This document shows positions 47,247 to 56,992 of a stretch of DNA of 64,000 nt, in pieces. Position 1 is the first letter of the stretch; the number at the start of each line of letters is the position of its first letter. The DNA lies in IMG/VR virus record IMGVR_UViG_3300044900_000004, positions 1,103 to 65,102 of that record; one strand, 5' to 3'. The notes below the pieces were generated by a model. That model was not told the origin of the DNA. It was given only the letters and a program-made list of their open reading frames with translations, and ran no database searches. Made by a program: the position numbers and the translations under genes. Origin of the DNA: a virus.

Positions 47247-47314
47247 ACCCCTAGCTTTCACTAGAGGTAGGCTTCAGGCTATTACGAGGCTGTCATTTCA
47301 CCTCTCAGAAAACT

Positions 47315-47845
47315 CTAATTACTCTCGCCCTCGTATCGCAAAACGCAATACTGCTTGGAAGAATAATTGTCTCGTTTCGGCACAACCGGCTTTCGAGGCT
47401 CGACTTGGGGTTCTCCTAGAGCGGTGTTCACCTGGTTGACCACCTCATACGTCTTAGCGGCTTGCTGGTTTAGCGAATCTATTAATCGTTTGTTTGATTC
47501 AAAAAAATCTTCTGACTTCCAGACGGAAAACTTCCAAGTACGTGTAACTGAAAAGCCTCCAAGCGCTTTAGTTTCGACCTTTGCGGATACCAGATTGTAT
47601 CTACCGTCTGAGTCGGTTTCAGAAGCTTGAGGTTCTTGCTCAACCACTTCCCATTTCTGGATATTAGTCAATGGCTCTTTTGACTTAGGCAACTCTTTGC
47701 TATGACAGCCAAGCTCTTGCTGCTGCTGAATCTTACCCTTCTGCAAAGCTTCTAAATATGCGCTCACCGTATTCTTCGGCGTTGGAGTCATTTGGCATCC
47801 TGACAGCGCGATCGCTACCACAACCACAGACAAGATATTTTTCAT
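47315..47845 (-). CDS. Lipoprotein
   Basis: MKNILSVVVVAIALSG|C lipobox. Confidence 0.75.
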   Translation of the reverse strand: MKNILSVVVVAIALSGCQMTPTPKNTVSAYLEALQKGKIQQQQELGCHSKELPKSKEPLTNIQKWEVVEQEPQASETDSDGRYNLVSAKVETKALGGFSVTRTWKFSVWKSEDFFESNKRLIDSLNQQAAKTYEVVNQVNTALGEPQVEPRKPVVPKRDNYSSKQYCVLRYEGESN

Positions 47846-47879
47846 TGATTTGACCAAGTAATTTATGAATGCGTTCTAC

Positions 47880-48437
47880 TCATTGCCGCCCAATCTTCCC
47901 GTCATTCCAAATCCACTCAACACTCAAAACGTTGGCTACTCCCTTACCCGCCACTTTTGTTTCAAAGCTTGCAGTCTCCCCAGGGCGCAAAAACAATGGG
48001 CTGAGTGTAACGGTCTTAGTGTCAATGACTCTTCGCCGTCCATTGATAGTGACATTGGTGTTAGACGGTACAACTTCAAACACCACATTCATTAGTCGGA
48101 TCATTCGATCGCTGTCGTTTCTAATCTGCCCTTCTGCAAAAAATGAAGCTTTCTTTAAACCTGGCTCTCGAACGCGCTTTACCAAGATTTCTGATACCGC
48201 GACTTTCTTCTGAGCAGCTTGTGCAACTTGCAATGACACAGGAAGTGACACTCTCAAATCACGGCCACTGCTGCTTACCGACGCGCCTTCAAGTTTGAAC
48301 CCACAAACGGAAGCGGTCAGGTCAAGAATCCCGTCTTTAGCCTGCACATAGCAACTGTAGTCAGGCTCAGGAGCCGACAACGCAGGCAAACAGAAAGGCG
48401 CAGACATTAGAACCGCCAGCAAAAACTTCTTCATCAA
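47880..48437 (-). CDS. Secreted protein
   Basis: Signal peptide MMKKFLLAVLMSAPFCLPALS; CY...GILDLTASVCG; FLRPGETASF. Confidence 0.7.
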   Translation of the reverse strand: MMKKFLLAVLMSAPFCLPALSAPEPDYSCYVQAKDGILDLTASVCGFKLEGASVSSSGRDLRVSLPVSLQVAQAAQKKVAVSEILVKRVREPGLKKASFFAEGQIRNDSDRMIRLMNVVFEVVPSNTNVTINGRRRVIDTKTVTLSPLFLRPGETASFETKVAGKGVANVLSVEWIWNDGKIGRQ

Positions 48438-48546
48438 TTTAACCGGGAAAGTGACTTATTCAGGTCCCCCAATCATGGCAAAGTCTCAACGTGCTCCCCC
48501 CGAACTGAAAGCAGGTTTATCAAAAATTCAAAAGCAAAAGGACAAA

Positions 48547-48939
48547 ATGACACCTAGCGAAGCCATCACAGAATTTTTCAATCACATCTCTTGGGGCAGC
48601 GAATGCTTAACCCTGACCGCTCCAAGTGACAGCCTCTATGCGCGATGCACCCCTTATCTCGCTTGCAATCTTTACACGCTTACTCCCTGCCACTGGAGTG
48701 AATTTGAACAGAAGAAAGAGTTAGCGATCGAGACTGCAAATCGCTGGAATGTGAAGCCCGGATTTATTCTTTACGGCGACTGTCCTGATTACGACTGCGA
48801 TCGACTCAACTACGAGCTTGGCCAAGCAGGCTTTGTAATTTATTGGCTAGGAGCGAAACAGCAGGTTAAATATTCTCGCTTTCTGTCAAGTTCATTCGAT
48901 GGGGTGAACTTCGTTAAGTCGATGTACCCCGATCTCTAG
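48547..48939 (+). CDS. Hypothetical protein (paralog of 18104..18478)
   Basis: Near-identical protein. Confidence 0.7.
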   Translation: MTPSEAITEFFNHISWGSECLTLTAPSDSLYARCTPYLACNLYTLTPCHWSEFEQKKELAIETANRWNVKPGFILYGDCPDYDCDRLNYELGQAGFVIYWLGAKQQVKYSRFLSSSFDGVNFVKSMYPDL

Positions 48940-49027
48940 TTTTGATTCTCAAAATTCAAAAGCGACCGCTCACCCGTGAAAAGAGAAGCGATCGCCTAGC
49001 TCCCTCATTCACCAAAAGGAAAGAACT

Positions 49028-49960
49028 ATGACCATTATCACCAATTTAATCAAGTTCGAGCAAAACGGAATTGAATTCTACACGGTCGAAGCAACTGGCG
49101 AATCTGGAATCAGCCAGTCAGGTCTAGCAAAACTCTGCGGAGTTACACGCCCATCGATCGTGAATTTTGCAAAGACTCTGACCCCTGTAACTTGCGAAGG
49201 TGAAACCGTTTCAGAACCCAGTGATACCAAGAGTTTTGAGGATTTTACCCTTGTAACTAACAGTGGAAAAGCGGTTGTAAACGGACGGGAATCAGGGAGT
49301 CTCAGAATCTATCGTTCTAACTTCTGCATTGCCGCAATCAAGTACTACGCAGAGAAGGGAAAGAAGGAAGCGCTTCATAGTCTACTGAAATTTGCAGAAC
49401 TGGGATTTGAAACCTGGGTGCAGCAAATTACAGGCTGGAAGCCACCCCAAACAGACCAGCCCATTCTTGAGCCAGAACCACAGCCCCAAATCGAGCCCCC
49501 CACCCTCGAAGTCACCGCCGAACAGATTCCCCCCGAACTACCACCCGCACCTGAAGAACCCACCCTTCACCCCGCACTGAAATTCATCCAGGACGCGATC
49601 GACATGGGTGAAAAACTTGGCGGTTTTGATTCTGGTGAGCAAGCGATCGTTCGGGCGAAACTTGCCAAAGCGATTCAGGTCGCACAACTGAGCGAATTAA
49701 CTTTACCAACTCCCGTTGAAGCTCCCCAGCAATACACGATCGCTGAACGCGCCTTTGTCCTCGGACACCGCATCAACCAACTTCAAACCGTCGCAGCCGG
49801 AAAATTCGCAGCCGAACTCTACCGCAAAAAGCACGACAAAAATCCACCGCAGCGACTCACCAATTACAACGGCGGCGTGAGCTACGTCAACGTTTACAGT
49901 GGGCGCGACCTATCGATCGCTGACCTCGCCATTCAAACCGTTGCTGAACGGGGGTACTAA
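49028..49960 (+). CDS. Antirepressor-like DNA-binding protein with N-terminal HTH (copy B)
   Basis: ISQSGLAKLCGVTRPSIVNF. Confidence 0.6.
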   Translation: MTIITNLIKFEQNGIEFYTVEATGESGISQSGLAKLCGVTRPSIVNFAKTLTPVTCEGETVSEPSDTKSFEDFTLVTNSGKAVVNGRESGSLRIYRSNFCIAAIKYYAEKGKKEALHSLLKFAELGFETWVQQITGWKPPQTDQPILEPEPQPQIEPPTLEVTAEQIPPELPPAPEEPTLHPALKFIQDAIDMGEKLGGFDSGEQAIVRAKLAKAIQVAQLSELTLPTPVEAPQQYTIAERAFVLGHRINQLQTVAAGKFAAELYRKKHDKNPPQRLTNYNGGVSYVNVYSGRDLSIADLAIQTVAERGY

Positions 49961-49961
49961 G

Positions 49962-50177
49962 ATGACCACCCTACGCGCTGACCTGCACTCATTAATTTTG
50001 CGCCACAGCCTGCCTGAGACTTTGGATCGCCTGCTCACAATGGTGGAGGAGCAGCAACGCCTCAGCCCCGAATGTCGCCACTGGGAAGATCTCATTCACC
50101 ATCTTGATAAAGCGACTCAATCAGCGATCGCCGTATCGGCTGTCAAATCAGAACTGAAGGAAGAGGTGTGGAAATGA
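49962..50177 (+). CDS. Hypothetical protein (paralog of 16899..17105)
   Basis: Near-identical protein. Confidence 0.7.
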   Translation: MTTLRADLHSLILRHSLPETLDRLLTMVEEQQRLSPECRHWEDLIHHLDKATQSAIAVSAVKSELKEEVWK

Positions 50178-50452
50178 ACGAATCCAGGCAGAATTGGAGG
50201 GCGATCGCAAAAACCCTCGACAACACCTGTATGGACTTGGACGAATTTCTAGCGCTTTACCCTGACATCTCCCGCGAACAGCTTGCCAAGCTAGCGGGCT
50301 GCGAAATTGCAACCGTCAATAACTGGTTTGCAAGCGGCTCGACCCACCGATCTCCCACCGACAAACACAAAATGAGGCTAGCGATCGCGCACTGGCTCAA
50401 AAACGAACCCGGTGTCTTTCGTGACTTGAGAGACATTATGGACGAACTCTGA
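50174..50452 (+). CDS. XRE-like HTH protein
   Basis: ISREQLAKLAGCEIATVNNWF. Confidence 0.7.
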   Translation: MNESRQNWRAIAKTLDNTCMDLDEFLALYPDISREQLAKLAGCEIATVNNWFASGSTHRSPTDKHKMRLAIAHWLKNEPGVFRDLRDIMDEL

Positions 50453-50556
50453 TTCTTATAAACCTTATAAGTATTGGCAGTCGATCGCCGTCTCAAACAC
50501 GAGGCGGCTTTTTATTGTAGAGAAAGTTACTCAAAGGTTCCTCAAAGGTTTCTCAC

Positions 50557-50877
50557 ATGCGAACAACATTTGAACAACCTTTGAGCTTTGACCCAAACGC
50601 CGTTTTAGGAGCCGATGGTTACGAACGCTGCGCTGTCTTCAATGAGCTATCTCGCGAATACGGACAAGCAATCTGCTACCGCACCTTTTACGGTTGGTGT
50701 CGCACTCTGAAGATCCCCTCTGGTCGCGTCCTCTACCCCGCCAGAGAAGTGTTTCTTCTCCTAACCCTGGTTTGGGCGCGGTTTGGTCAAGGCTACCGAG
50801 GTTTATCCCGTCCCGTTATTGAATCTCTCCAAGAAAACTATGCCAGTAGCAGAATTAATCGAACGGTTGGAAGCTGA
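50557..50877 (+). CDS. Putative HTH protein
   Basis: ICYRTFYGWCRTLKIP. Confidence 0.45.
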   Translation: MRTTFEQPLSFDPNAVLGADGYERCAVFNELSREYGQAICYRTFYGWCRTLKIPSGRVLYPAREVFLLLTLVWARFGQGYRGLSRPVIESLQENYASSRINRTVGS

Positions 50878-51319
50878 AGGGCTGACTCCAAATCAGTCGC
50901 ATAAGGCTTTAGAAGAGTTAGGGCTACCTCAAGATGGCGAGGTTCCTTCCGAGGCGTATGAGCAGGTCATCTCTCATGTGTCTTCTCCCCCCAAAAAACA
51001 AAAGGGTGGATCAGTCGCCAAGCGTCAGCAGCAATCTAATCAGGGCAAGGGCGACCTTACAAAAGCAGGCGAAAAGCTCACAAACGCGATCGCCAAGACT
51101 CAAGCAAAACAAGCGATCGAGGCTTGCGACGCGGCTGCTAAAATCACCGCCGTTGCAGTTTTAAAGCGAAATTCGAGCAATATGAACGCCCTGGCAGACC
51201 AGATTCTAGGCTCTACAGGAATGAGTTCTGAAATCGTAGATCGCACCTCCGATGAGTTCGACATCGACGCTTTTTTGGGGGAAATTCCCAGCCCTTTAGC
51301 GGGGTTGAATCTGGGCTAA
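50840..51319 (+). CDS. Hypothetical coiled-coil protein
   Basis: Start MPVAELIERL; acidic C-terminus. Confidence 0.6.
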   Translation: MPVAELIERLEAEGLTPNQSHKALEELGLPQDGEVPSEAYEQVISHVSSPPKKQKGGSVAKRQQQSNQGKGDLTKAGEKLTNAIAKTQAKQAIEACDAAAKITAVAVLKRNSSNMNALADQILGSTGMSSEIVDRTSDEFDIDAFLGEIPSPLAGLNLG

Positions 51320-51393
51320 TTCAGCAGGCAATTATCTATAAACTGCTGCTGGCTCAGGTTGCTCAAGAGTCTTACCACAAAGGAGAAGAAAGA

Positions 51394-51537
51394 ATGGTCG
51401 ATGCAATTTTGAACGGATTCGGATACGGGGTGATGGTCGGCGTTGCTGGACTGCTGATTGGAGGAATGGCGATCGCGACCACTCCAATTTTGATCGCTGG
51501 CATCGGCGGGGCGTTGGTGGGAGGAATGCGTCGATGA
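51394..51537 (+). CDS. 47-aa glycine-zipper membrane protein (below ORF-track cutoff)
   Basis: AAGGAG upstream; MVDAILNGFGYGVMVGVAGLLIGGMAIATTPILIAGIGGALVGGMRR; stop overlaps ATG 51534. Confidence 0.7.
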   Translation: MVDAILNGFGYGVMVGVAGLLIGGMAIATTPILIAGIGGALVGGMRR

Positions 51538-51950
51538 TCAAGCAATTTGTCAGAGGGCTTTTGGTGATCGGCATTGGGTTGGCCGCTGGCTACGCAAACG
51601 GTCAAGTTGCCGAGCTTGCAGCCGAACAGTCCGCGCAAAAAACCTTTTACGCACGTCAATTCGACCCTAATCGCGATGTGCAATTTAGCATTAACGGCTT
51701 GCAGCAGTACACAACTGAGACTGCTCGATCGGCGGCTGACCTAGCGCAAGGCTATCAACTGATGGTTGCCCTCGCTGCATTCGCTCTGACAGCGTTTGTG
51801 ATGATGGCTCCAACTCCAGACCGCAAGCCCCAGCCCATCACCGAAACTCAGCTTCTATTTCAGCGTTGGATCAGCGCCGCCAAAAAGAACAACTCTTTAG
51901 AAATGGCCGCGATCGAGACTCAGGTGCAAGAGACTCATGAGCAAAACTGA
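51534..51950 (+). CDS. 2-TM membrane protein
   Basis: Hydrophobic segments near N-terminus and centre. Confidence 0.65.
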   Translation: MIKQFVRGLLVIGIGLAAGYANGQVAELAAEQSAQKTFYARQFDPNRDVQFSINGLQQYTTETARSAADLAQGYQLMVALAAFALTAFVMMAPTPDRKPQPITETQLLFQRWISAAKKNNSLEMAAIETQVQETHEQN

Positions 51951-52464
51951 CGAAGGCGAAAAACTAGATCTCACTCAGTGGGCGATTGCTCAGTTCAAAA
52001 GCCTTCCGATCGGCAAATGGGTTCCTTTTGTTTTTGGTGTCGCGCTACTGGCGATTGTGTGGGCGCGTGGCTCTGAAAAACCTCCGATGGTTGAGGAATC
52101 GAAGTCTAACCCAGTTCGGGCAGCAGCAACGCTTGATCCGGCTGCTAACGACGGAGACAGCAAGCTGCTGCCTGATGCCTACAACGTGGCTCAACAGCAG
52201 TTAATCTCGCTTCGCGCCCAACAGATTCGCGCCGAGTTCGATCGGGCAACCACCGACAAGAAAAATCGCTGCTTCAAAAAATCTCCCATGATTTGTGCAG
52301 AGCGGCGATTGAGCGAACTCAGCCGCAAGTTAACCGAGACGATCGGCGACGATGGCAGCCTTAAAGTTACTCCCCAACGCGCTTTGGAACTCACCCTAGA
52401 GGCTCAAGCTGTCCTTGCGGCGATGAGCGGGCAGGAGTCAAAGATGCCGATACCGAGCGCTTAA
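51937..52464 (+). CDS. Single-TM membrane protein
   Basis: WVPFVFGVALLAIVWA followed by soluble domain. Confidence 0.65.
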   Translation: MSKTDEGEKLDLTQWAIAQFKSLPIGKWVPFVFGVALLAIVWARGSEKPPMVEESKSNPVRAAATLDPAANDGDSKLLPDAYNVAQQQLISLRAQQIRAEFDRATTDKKNRCFKKSPMICAERRLSELSRKLTETIGDDGSLKVTPQRALELTLEAQAVLAAMSGQESKMPIPSA

Positions 52465-52617
52465 TTCAAATCTACCTACCAGCGACAGATGGGCAATCTA
52501 CCAATCTGTCAGGCGTGGCCGCCTCAATTCAGGGCACCGACTTATATCTAGAGAAGCGAAGGGTCGATCGCCTCTCATCAGTCGGAAAATCCGACGAAAT
52601 CCCTCAGCTAAAAAAAC

Positions 52618-53943
52618 GTGATGCCTCAAAGACTGCCCTGGATAATTAGCTGCGCTGTATCGACACTGCTGACGCTCTCTATTTCTGAGCAGAGCAACAG
52701 TTACCAAGCGTCGATCGACACCGCAATTTATCAACAAACCGGAGATCTCAAAGTCGCTTGGATGAAACCAGAAGGGGCACTCGCCAACCTGTTAACTTTC
52801 AGTTCGGGGGGAATGGCTTGCTTTGCGCTTTATCAGATTCTCAATCAGTCAACTACTGTGCAGACTGAGACAAAAAAGGAGAGCAAAAAGAGTCAGAAAG
52901 CAGAAGCTGAATCGGAGGAGCAACCTCTAAAAGAGCCTCTAGAGTCTGAGCAAGAGCATGAAGATGGTGACGACGCATCTGAATCGCCTGAGACTGTTGT
53001 AGCTCTGGTGTCAGTGCCAGAAAAACCAAGTCTCTTCGACCGCGTTTGGAATCATCGCAAGCGGCACCTCTTAATCCCTGCCGAAACCGGAGCCGGAAAA
53101 ACCACGCTGCTACTTGGCTTGCTCAAATACTTTTGGGAACAGAGCGGCGAAACTGTTGAAATTTACGCCTCAACCGTCAAGCCCTCCCCTTGTCTAGGGC
53201 TGGAGTTTGAAACCGCTCCTGATGGATTGCCCAAAGTGATCAATCTCAATGTGACCGACCCGGCCACGGTTGAGACGCTCATTCATCGTTTGCGCTGGCT
53301 GCAAAAGCGATTGCAAAAGCGCCAAAATCAACGGGCTGAAGCCGAAGCTGCAAACAAGCCCTACACTCCTACTCGAATTATCATTGTTGCCGACGAGTGG
53401 AACAGCACTCTTGGTCTAGCCGCTCGGTTTGACAAGATTCTGGCGCGGGAGTTTTCGATCGCGAAAGCCGAAAAAGCTGAGGTGCTTCCGCAGCCTCCCT
53501 ACGCAGTTGACGAACTCAAATCATTGATGGAATCAATCTTGCTGATGGGGCGTGAAGACGAGTGCGCTGAATGGGTGTTTGGGCAAGATCACCAAGTCCA
53601 AAACGCAGGGTTTAACACTGGCTATCGTAAGTCTTTCGGCGTGTTGGTGCCCTTTCGCAAAGGTGCAACGCAGTCGCTTGAAGATGCGCTCATCGGTCGA
53701 TCTCCCGTACTGCCATTTCAGATTGGGAAGCAGATTTTAGAGCAGGCAAATAAAGAGATCGAGGCAAATCCTGATGGTGCATTTGTCTATTCAAATTTGA
53801 ATGGGCACGAAATTCTAGAAGTTCCTTATATGCCAAACATCAAGCGAGAGAAACTCAATGGCAAACAACAACCAGCAACAGCAGGGCAATCAGAATCAGC
53901 AACAGAACCCACAGCAGAACTATCAGAATCAGACCCGTGGTAA
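52618..53943 (+). CDS. Membrane-anchored FtsK/HerA-like P-loop ATPase
   Basis: N-terminal hydrophobic segments; HLLIPAETGAGKTT (Walker A); IIIVADEW (Walker B); GQDHQ. Confidence 0.7.
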   Translation: MMPQRLPWIISCAVSTLLTLSISEQSNSYQASIDTAIYQQTGDLKVAWMKPEGALANLLTFSSGGMACFALYQILNQSTTVQTETKKESKKSQKAEAESEEQPLKEPLESEQEHEDGDDASESPETVVALVSVPEKPSLFDRVWNHRKRHLLIPAETGAGKTTLLLGLLKYFWEQSGETVEIYASTVKPSPCLGLEFETAPDGLPKVINLNVTDPATVETLIHRLRWLQKRLQKRQNQRAEAEAANKPYTPTRIIIVADEWNSTLGLAARFDKILAREFSIAKAEKAEVLPQPPYAVDELKSLMESILLMGREDECAEWVFGQDHQVQNAGFNTGYRKSFGVLVPFRKGATQSLEDALIGRSPVLPFQIGKQILEQANKEIEANPDGAFVYSNLNGHEILEVPYMPNIKREKLNGKQQPATAGQSESATEPTAELSESDPW

Positions 53944-54298
53944 TAACAGGAGCAACAAACAAATGGGCGTAAAAGAATTTGTTTCCGAACACACCAGCCT
54001 TGACGTGACTCGTCCTGGTAACTCGCTCAAGAATTGGTTTATCGGCATCCCGATCGCGATCTCTCTAGTGTTTGGAGTTGTCGTCGAAGGCAATCCAGTT
54101 TCTAAGTTCGTGTCGTCTCTCGGCGTGGGAGCAAGACGCGGCGTAGGCAGCGCTATCACTGAAACTCAGCCCCAGATGCAAGAAGGAGTCGAAAGTCTGT
54201 ACGGTCGCCCAACTCAACCAGGCGATTTGAGTAAGCGCAAACAGCAATCTCAAGGACAGCAAACTCAGTGCAACAACGGCTGGTGCTGGAAAAACTGA
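53858..54298 (+). CDS. Single-TM protein with Q/N-rich ends
   Basis: WFIGIPIAISLVFGVVV; start uncertain. Confidence 0.55.
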   Translation: MANNNQQQQGNQNQQQNPQQNYQNQTRGNNRSNKQMGVKEFVSEHTSLDVTRPGNSLKNWFIGIPIAISLVFGVVVEGNPVSKFVSSLGVGARRGVGSAITETQPQMQEGVESLYGRPTQPGDLSKRKQQSQGQQTQCNNGWCWKN

Positions 54299-54299
54299 T

Positions 54300-54794
54300 A
54301 TGTCGAAATACATCATCCCAGGGCTGCGGCTCCAACACATTCTGATTCTTGGCACCTGCGCTTATTTAATGCAAGCGATCGCCACCGCAGACGGAGCGTT
54401 CAGGCTCAATCACTCTTTAGCAGTGCAGGTAAAAGAACGGGGATGGGCAGGCGCAATGCAGTCTCTGGGATGGATGGACAAATCGGCAGACGCGATCGAC
54501 CGATGGAGCATTAAACAATTCGGCAAAGACCCCTGGCAGGCTCAAGGTGAGTTTCTCGCTCGGCAGGTTGGGGATTGTGTCACCACTCCCAGCTATGGCA
54601 AGGGCTACCTCAGCAAAGCCCAAATCAGCGTGTATCACCGCGCTCTCAAAAAAGACTTAAAAGTACTCGGATCGCCCCTCTGCAAGACCGTTTCAGGCAA
54701 TTTACGTTACCTGACAGACGAACCCCAAACGCTCTTTGAGGTCGATTCGACCAACCCTAAAAATTATGGTGCAGTCACGCAGCCCGACAATTGA
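54300..54794 (+). CDS. Membrane/secreted hypothetical protein
   Basis: N-terminal hydrophobic segment. Confidence 0.55.
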   Translation: MSKYIIPGLRLQHILILGTCAYLMQAIATADGAFRLNHSLAVQVKERGWAGAMQSLGWMDKSADAIDRWSIKQFGKDPWQAQGEFLARQVGDCVTTPSYGKGYLSKAQISVYHRALKKDLKVLGSPLCKTVSGNLRYLTDEPQTLFEVDSTNPKNYGAVTQPDN

Positions 54795-56313
54795 TAATGT
54801 TATCTCGCTCGCTAAATTCCTTAATAAATCAGCAACCCCAGACCGCTCCTCTGCGCTCAAAGATGCCAAACTGCGCCTAGAAACCGCCCAAAAGAATGCC
54901 CGAACTGCGAGAGACCCAAACCGCGCTAATGACCTCGCTGAAAGCGCCAAAGACTCTCTAGATATCGCAGAAGAGAAGCGGATTAAAGCGGTCAGCACCT
55001 ACAACCTGGTTGCTGACAAACTCAATCAAATCAAGGCGGCGCAGAAGACCCCAGACGAGTTGCAGCTTCTGGCTGACTCGGTTGAAACTGCCAAAGATCG
55101 GCTCGATCGGGCATCTCGCAAAGTTGACAAGCTGCAAGAAGCTGTCAATCTAGGGTCAGCAAAACTGCGTCAAGCGAGGCAATTAGAGAAATCTGAGACG
55201 GAACTTGAATCTCTCGAATCGTTGCTGAATGTCGATCGAGAGAAACTCAGTCGCGCATCTATTCAGTTTCGCGCTAGACAGGATGAGTTTAAGCAGGCAG
55301 AGCAGGCACTTTCTCAAGCCAGAAAGCTCACCAAAACGCCCGAAGAACTCAAACTTCTAGAAGACCGACTCAATGAGGCTCAAGGGCAAGTAGACCGAGC
55401 AACCAAAAAGGTCGCCGATGCCCAGCAAAATTATCAGCAGGCTCTAACCACTGCTCAAACCACCACAGCCGAAGCTCAGAAATTGGAAGCAGAGTTGGCG
55501 ATTGCCCTTGCTGATTACGAAAAAATTACTGAGGCAACCGAAGCTGAGGAACGATTTGCAGCGATCGAGGCGCACCTTCAGACCTTTGAGAAGGGGCTGC
55601 AAACGACCAGAGAAGTGACTGACGTAGTTGACCCGTTTCTCAATGCTGAATTTTGGTGGAATTCTGCCTGCCTGGGAGCGACGGCGCTAGTTGCTGTGAT
55701 GTACTTCACTCCCTTGGGGGCAGTGCTACAAAACACAGTTAAGGCAGTGAAATGGACGGCTGGTGCAGTTGGCAACGCTAAACAGTATGTGGATTCAACG
55801 TTTGCTCCAAATCTCAAGGACGTGCCAAAAGAGGGAGAAACGATCGCGGGTTGGGTTGTCACTTCTGGGTTTGGGCCGCGCACTTCTCCCACCGCAGGCG
55901 CATCCAAAGATCACGGCGGCATCGACCTTGCTGACCCACGCGGACCTAAATTTACAACAGGACGCGAACTCTACGGCATCGGCACTCCTGGAACCAAATT
56001 GCAGTTGACCTGCTGGCAAGATACAGGCGGCGGCGGGTTGGTCGCAACCTTAAAGCCTGAAAGCCTGCCCTACACGATCGAGTATCTCCACTTATCAAAA
56101 TGCCAGCTCAAAAATGGCGAAACCAAAACGGTTAGCGCAGGCAAGGTGATCGCTTTGGTGGGCCGCTCCGGAGTAGGTACGGCGGCCCACCTGCATCTAC
56201 AGGTCAAAGATGCCAACGGCAAAAAGATTCCGCCACCCCGGTCGATCGCTTGGTGGGCACTTACCGGAGAAATGCCCCAACCCGTAATTGCTCAGAAGAG
56301 GATAACCAAATGA
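54766..56313 (+). CDS. Coiled-coil + TM + M23 metallopeptidase
   Basis: VTSGFGPR...HGGID...YLHL...GRSG.GT..HLH. Confidence 0.85.
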   Translation: MVQSRSPTIDNVISLAKFLNKSATPDRSSALKDAKLRLETAQKNARTARDPNRANDLAESAKDSLDIAEEKRIKAVSTYNLVADKLNQIKAAQKTPDELQLLADSVETAKDRLDRASRKVDKLQEAVNLGSAKLRQARQLEKSETELESLESLLNVDREKLSRASIQFRARQDEFKQAEQALSQARKLTKTPEELKLLEDRLNEAQGQVDRATKKVADAQQNYQQALTTAQTTTAEAQKLEAELAIALADYEKITEATEAEERFAAIEAHLQTFEKGLQTTREVTDVVDPFLNAEFWWNSACLGATALVAVMYFTPLGAVLQNTVKAVKWTAGAVGNAKQYVDSTFAPNLKDVPKEGETIAGWVVTSGFGPRTSPTAGASKDHGGIDLADPRGPKFTTGRELYGIGTPGTKLQLTCWQDTGGGGLVATLKPESLPYTIEYLHLSKCQLKNGETKTVSAGKVIALVGRSGVGTAAHLHLQVKDANGKKIPPPRSIAWWALTGEMPQPVIAQKRITK

Positions 56314-56477
56314 CGCTCAACCCCTTTTATTGGTGGCTTCAGGCAGTGGCGATCGAGTTACGTCATTTCGGCGAAGTCTTAACTACCGCCGACTTGATGT
56401 CTGCTGAGTTTTACTTCTACCAGTCATACACGCCAAATCAGTATGCAAACGCGCTACTTAACTGGAGACGATACTGA
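56310..56477 (+). CDS. Hypothetical protein
   Basis: Coupled 55-aa ORF MTLNPFYWW... Confidence 0.45.
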   Translation: MTLNPFYWWLQAVAIELRHFGEVLTTADLMSAEFYFYQSYTPNQYANALLNWRRY

Positions 56478-56992
56478 TGACTCAATCAGACCCACGTCGC
56501 CACAAACAGAAGTGGAAGCGCACTGCCAAGCTCACCCGATCGCTGACTCGAGATCGCTGTTGCAACTGTGGAGCCGCCGCCAAAGAAGTGCATCACAGTT
56601 ACTACGGCATTCGAGTTTTGTTTCTCACCTTGCCTTTGTCCGGCTTTGAGATTCCCGGCTGGCAAATCTTTCCGTTGTGCGACAAGTGCCATTCCAACTC
56701 TAAGCACTGCGCTCACCACATCAGCAATTATCAAGCTTCAAAGCTCTCAGACTGGTTCAACTGCAACACCTCCAGCTACTTGTGGGGACTGCGGTTTAAG
56801 TTTCTGCTGACTGTTGCGATCGTGCATCCACTCACCACCTTATTGATTTTGATTGGCTTATGGCTATCCGTTCCGACTATCTTTGCTGGTTCATCCTGGG
56901 GGCGATTTTTGTCACCAGCCTCCCCTCGATCGCCCAAAGCACCAAATCTACCAGCCAGACTGCTGCATCGCCTGACACCGCCAAACTTGTAG
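56477..56992 (+). CDS. HNH-like nuclease with C-terminal TM segment
   Basis: CCNCG...EVHH...PLCDKCH. Confidence 0.6.
   Translation: MTQSDPRRHKQKWKRTAKLTRSLTRDRCCNCGAAAKEVHHSYYGIRVLFLTLPLSGFEIPGWQIFPLCDKCHSNSKHCAHHISNYQASKLSDWFNCNTSSYLWGLRFKFLLTVAIVHPLTTLLILIGLWLSVPTIFAGSSWGRFLSPASPRSPKAPNLPARLLHRLTPPNL

Larger units (their letters stand above)
48438..50177. repeat. Copy B of the inverted duplication (copy A 16899..18586)
   Basis: Starts TTAACCGGGA in both copies; three paralogous ORFs. Confidence 0.9.
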
